Source: Acidobacteriota bacterium (GTDB lineage Bacteria > Acidobacteriota > Terriglobia > Terriglobales > Acidobacteriaceae). Taken from it: DNA of 64,000 bases. The notes below the pieces were generated by a model. The model was not told the DNA's origin and did not search any database. It saw only the letters and a program-made list of their open reading frames with translations. Positions within the stretch are counted from its first letter, which is position 1. Every line of letters begins with the position of its first letter. A program made the translations under genes and the position numbers. Below, one piece after another: positions 60,051 to 64,000 of this stretch. The DNA is taken from positions 63,735-127,734 of the forward strand of contig JAKATU010000089.1 of NCBI GenBank assembly GCA_021818585.1, given 5' to 3'.

Positions 60051-62618
60051 TTACTCTTCGCGCAGCACTTCCAGCGGCCGCTGCCCCAGTATCCGGTAGC
60101 TCGCCATCCATCCCGTCACCACCGCCAGCACCGCCGCGGCCACCACTGCCAGCGCCGAACCCGCATAGTCCGCAGTAAACGGCACATGCATCCGGTGCAG
60201 CAGCACACGCGTTAACAAATTCGCGAACACCGCACCCACCGCGCCCGCCAGCAATCCCAGCACCGTGAACTCAATGCTGAACACCGCCGCAATCCGCCGC
60301 CGCCGCGCGCCCAGCGTCTTCAACACCACCACTTCCCTGATTCTCCTGAAGCGTGTGCTCGCAACACTCGAAGCCAGAATAATCAGCCCCGAAAGTATCG
60401 AGAACCCGGCCAGAAAATGAATCACCACCGTAATCTGGTTCACCAGCTTGCTGATCGTATCCATAATGTCCGCAACGTTCACCACCGTCACCGTCGGATA
60501 CTTGGCAAACACCGCCCGCTCTAACTCCGGAATCGCATCCGGTTTCACATGCGCATCCCCATACCAGATCGTTGTGTACTGCTTCAGCATATCCGGCGGC
60601 ATAATGAAGTCCGCTCGCGCAAATGACCGTTGCCCCTTCAGCGCGAACACCGCCACCACCTTCGTCGCAATCTCCGTGCCGCCCAGGTCAAACGTAATTT
60701 TTGCACCTGGCTTCACCTTCAAATCCTTCGCCACCCAGTCCACCAGCGCCACGCCCTGCGCGTTGTCGCTCGTCCACCACTTGCCTTCGCTGATCTTCGT
60801 CTCCGGAGGCGCCTTCGTCATCCACGTAAACGAACGGTCGTGAAACAGGTAGCGCGGATACTCCTTGTTCTTCTCCATCTCCGTCGCCTTCACGCCGTTC
60901 ACTTCCGCAATGTGCCCCTGCACCACCGGCACCGTTTCCATCTTGCCGTGAATGCCCTTCTGCGCCTCCACCAATTGCTTCACGCCCTGCAGCTCGTTAT
61001 TGCTGATGTCCACAAAAAACACATTCGGCGCACTCGGCGGAGCATCCGCGCGCAGCGACGCCACAATCGAGCCCTGCATCAAAAACACGCTGAGAATCAG
61101 CATCACACCCGCGCCCAGCGCCGCCAGCACCGCCGCCGACTGGTTCCCCGGCCGATACAAATTCGCCAACCCATGCCGCAGTGCAGAAGGCAACCCCAAC
61201 CGCGTCTGCTTCAAAAATGCGCGCAGCACCCGCAGCAGCCCCGCCGTCAGCCCCAGCATCACCACCAGCAACGCCGCAAGGCAAATCGTGAACCACTTAC
61301 CCACCATCACAGAATCCGCAAGCCCCGCCGCAATCGCGCCTAGCCCCGCCAGAATCACCACCATGCTCGCCATCTGCAGCCGGTGTTCTAACACCCATTC
61401 CTTCCAGCCGCGTCCCGGCTCGCCCTGGCTCACCGTCCGCCGCAGCACCACCACCGGCCGAATCTTCCTCACATCCAGAAGCGGCGGCAAACAAAACAAC
61501 ACTGTCGTCAAAATGCCTGTCCCGAGCGCAGCCAGCACCGGACCCACCGGTAGCGTCAGCGCGGGCTGCAGCGGCAACAGTTTGCCCAGCATCGCAGGCA
61601 GGGCAAACTCCACCCCCACACCCAGCAAAACCCCCAGCAATGCCCCCGCTAAACCCAGCAAAACAGTTTGTAACAAATAAATGCGCAATAGATCCCGCGA
61701 CCGCGCCCCCAGTGACTTCATCACCGCCAGCACTTCAGTCCGCTGCTGCAGATGCGCGCGCATCGCCATCCCCACGCCAATCGCCCCCAGCACCATCGCC
61801 ACCAGGCAAATCAAGCTCAACAGCCCCGTTGCATGATCCAGTCCCCGTGTCAGCGCCGGATTCGCCTCGCGAAAATCCGTCACCTGCGCATCCGGCAAAA
61901 TCTTCTGCATGCGGGCCTTCATCGCCGCCACATCGCTGCCTTGCGGCAGCTTGAACAAATACCGCTGCCCCGCCTGGCTCCCCGGCTGCACCAGCCCCGT
62001 GGCCTTCAGGGCCGCGCGCGTCATCATCACCCTCGGACCAATGCTCATCCCCGCCGTCAGCCGGTCTGGCTCGCTCACGATCTCGCCCGCAATCCGGAAC
62101 GTCTGTCCGCCCACCACCAGCGCATCGCCGACCTTCGCCTGCAACCGCACCAGCAGGTTGTCATCCACCAGCACTGTCCTGTCCGTCAACAGCTTTTGCT
62201 CCGGCTCATCCGGCTTCAACACCAGCTTCCCGTAAAACGGGTACTTCGCCGGATTCACCGCCTTCAGCGCCACCAGCACCGGCGTCGCCTCCATCGGGTT
62301 TGCCCCCGCCAGCGTCGCCATGGAAACCGTCTGCGTAATCTGCGTCCGCTCCACGCCGTTCTGTGCCAGCGCGTCCATCGCCTTCACCTGCTCCGGCGTT
62401 GCCTCATGAAACATCCACGCTTGCAAATCCGCCGCCATCAGCGAGCGCGCCCGCCCCAGAAGCGCCTTCTGGAAGGACTGGCTGAATCCCCGCACGCCCG
62501 TCAGCGCGCCCACGCCAATTGCAACTGCAAAAATTACAAATAGAAATTTCGCCCGCGAAGCCTGCAGCTCCCGCCACGCAATCCGCAGCGCCGTGCTCCA
62601 TCTCACCGTCGGCTTCAT
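60051..62618 (-). CDS. ybbP: ABC transporter permease (YbbP/FtsX-like)
   Basis: Two FtsX-like halves (AVMKSLGA, VLKTLGA), ending RPLEVLREE. Confidence 0.82.
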   Translation of the reverse strand: MKPTVRWSTALRIAWRELQASRAKFLFVIFAVAIGVGALTGVRGFSQSFQKALLGRARSLMAADLQAWMFHEATPEQVKAMDALAQNGVERTQITQTVSMATLAGANPMEATPVLVALKAVNPAKYPFYGKLVLKPDEPEQKLLTDRTVLVDDNLLVRLQAKVGDALVVGGQTFRIAGEIVSEPDRLTAGMSIGPRVMMTRAALKATGLVQPGSQAGQRYLFKLPQGSDVAAMKARMQKILPDAQVTDFREANPALTRGLDHATGLLSLICLVAMVLGAIGVGMAMRAHLQQRTEVLAVMKSLGARSRDLLRIYLLQTVLLGLAGALLGVLLGVGVEFALPAMLGKLLPLQPALTLPVGPVLAALGTGILTTVLFCLPPLLDVRKIRPVVVLRRTVSQGEPGRGWKEWVLEHRLQMASMVVILAGLGAIAAGLADSVMVGKWFTICLAALLVVMLGLTAGLLRVLRAFLKQTRLGLPSALRHGLANLYRPGNQSAAVLAALGAGVMLILSVFLMQGSIVASLRADAPPSAPNVFFVDISNNELQGVKQLVEAQKGIHGKMETVPVVQGHIAEVNGVKATEMEKNKEYPRYLFHDRSFTWMTKAPPETKISEGKWWTSDNAQGVALVDWVAKDLKVKPGAKITFDLGGTEIATKVVAVFALKGQRSFARADFIMPPDMLKQYTTIWYGDAHVKPDAIPELERAVFAKYPTVTVVNVADIMDTISKLVNQITVVIHFLAGFSILSGLIILASSVASTRFRRIREVVVLKTLGARRRRIAAVFSIEFTVLGLLAGAVGAVFANLLTRVLLHRMHVPFTADYAGSALAVVAAAVLAVVTGWMASYRILGQRPLEVLREE

Positions 62619-63301
62619 TCCGCCGCCTCGCTGCGCCACTGGTCGGCGATCACCATCCCATCCCGCAAGTGAATCTGCCGGTCCGCGAGCGCCGCAATCT
62701 GCGGATCGTGCGTCACCATCACCAGCGTCGTGCCTTCGCCGCGCTGCCGCCCGGTGAGCAAATCCATCACATGCTTCCCATTCACTGAGTCCAGATTTCC
62801 CGTCGGCTCATCCGCCAGAACGATCGGCGGATCGAGCACAAACGCCCGCGCCAGCGCCACCCGCTGCTGCTCCCCGCCAGACAACTGCACCGGATAATGC
62901 TGCATCCGGTCGCTCAATCCCACGGTTGTCAGCAACTCCGTCGCCTTGCTGCGCCCATCCCCCGTCGCATTCAACTCATACGGCAGTAGCACATTCTCCA
63001 GCGCCGTCAACATCGGAATCAACTGGTACGACTGAAACACAAACCCGATCTTCCGCCCGCGCACCTCCGCCAGTTCGTCTTCCTCAAGGTTCGCAATGGA
63101 AACCCCATCCAGCAGCACATCGCCTTCCGTCGGAGTATCCAATCCGGCCAGCAGCCCCAGCAGCGTGCTCTTACCGCTGCCGGAAGCGCCCATAATCGCC
63201 ACAAACTGCCCTTGCGGAATCACAAAATCGATCCCGCGCAAAATCTCCACCGTGCGCGTCCCGTTGCGAATGCTCTTCTTCAGCCCCTTAACTTCAATCA
63301 T
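62615..63301 (-). CDS. ybbA: ABC transporter ATP-binding protein (YbbA/LolD-like)
   Basis: GASGSGKS, LSGGEQQR, LADEPTGNLD. Confidence 0.88.
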   Translation of the reverse strand: MIEVKGLKKSIRNGTRTVEILRGIDFVIPQGQFVAIMGASGSGKSTLLGLLAGLDTPTEGDVLLDGVSIANLEEDELAEVRGRKIGFVFQSYQLIPMLTALENVLLPYELNATGDGRSKATELLTTVGLSDRMQHYPVQLSGGEQQRVALARAFVLDPPIVLADEPTGNLDSVNGKHVMDLLTGRQRGEGTTLVMVTHDPQIAALADRQIHLRDGMVIADQWRSEAAE

Positions 63302-63340
63302 CCCGTATCTCCGCGCCTCGCCCGTTGCTAAACTTTAAGT

Positions 63341-63973
63341 GTGAACCGCCGCGTCTCCCTCTTGCTGCTTCTGGCCCTCGTGGCCGCGCTCGTTCCATTC
63401 CCCGCGCACGCCGCCAAACAAAAACGTCCCATCATCGTTTGCTATGGAGACAGCATCACCGCCGGCCACGGCCTCATTCCCAGTCAGGCGTGGCCCGCAG
63501 CGCTCCAGCAGGACCTCAACGCGCGCGGCTACCACTACCGAGTCATCAACGCCGGAGTCAGCGGCAACACCACCAAGGACGGAGTCGATCGACTCCCGCT
63601 CATCCTCACCATGCACCCCGCCGTCGTAGTAGTAGAATTCGGCGGCAACGACGGACTCCGCGGCCTTCCCCTCGCCGTCACCAAGCGCAATCTTGAGACC
63701 ATCGTCTCGCGCCTGCTCGCCGCACACGCAAAAGTCGTGCTCGCCGGCATCACCCTCCCGCCCAACTACGGCGAGGCATACATCCATCAGTTCGATCTCA
63801 TGTATCACCAGGTCGCCGCGCGCTACCACCTGCCGCTGCTCCCCATGCTCTACGCGCACATCTACACCGTACCCGGAGCCATCCAGTCCGACGGCATCCA
63901 TCCCACAGCAAAAGGCTCGCGTCTCCTCGCGCTGGCATTCCTCCCGCTGCTCCTGCCCCTGCTGCACAAGTAG
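63341..63973 (+). CDS. tesA: GDSL/SGNH arylesterase (TesA-like)
   Basis: GDSITAG, NAGVSG, GGNDGLRG, DGIHP; divergent from ybbAP as in E. coli. Confidence 0.88.
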   Translation: MNRRVSLLLLLALVAALVPFPAHAAKQKRPIIVCYGDSITAGHGLIPSQAWPAALQQDLNARGYHYRVINAGVSGNTTKDGVDRLPLILTMHPAVVVVEFGGNDGLRGLPLAVTKRNLETIVSRLLAAHAKVVLAGITLPPNYGEAYIHQFDLMYHQVAARYHLPLLPMLYAHIYTVPGAIQSDGIHPTAKGSRLLALAFLPLLLPLLHK

Positions 63974-64000
63974 AGACAAAGCGCTCATCCAATCACCGCC

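Overview
A GC-rich bacterial chromosomal window, most likely from Acidobacteriaceae. This is inferred from the fused LptF-LptG, the Oar-like TonB receptor, the IclR/sugar-binding fusion regulator and the style of intergenic repeats. The + strand is visibly C-rich regardless of gene direction. Core genes: copZ-copA, lptFG plus an MsbA-like ABC exporter, rdgB, sdhCAB, two cyclophilins, mdh, icd, larE-larC-larB, galT, yvcK, rlmN, an M16 peptidase, cheY-cheX, ybbAP-tesA and tRNA-Lys(TTT). Accessory genes: a class A beta-lactamase with a Tat signal, an O-methyltransferase, a vapBC pair, a hexosamine-type uptake locus (TonB receptor, MFS, CutC, DeoR, SIS protein) and a GH20. Several relics are present: a flagellin cut by an IS5-family end but retaining a sigma-28 promoter, frameshifted treZ, collapsed treY, and transglutaminase and surface-protein remnants. 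The best candidate for an undescribed system is a co-oriented TPR protein / non-canonical ClC / His-less sensor kinase / stand-alone KdpD-N+Usp cluster. Other leads are CutC within an amino-sugar locus, a probable CTG start for yvcK, and a family of GAA-triloop hairpin repeats. No database searches were run; product calls rest on motifs read by eye.
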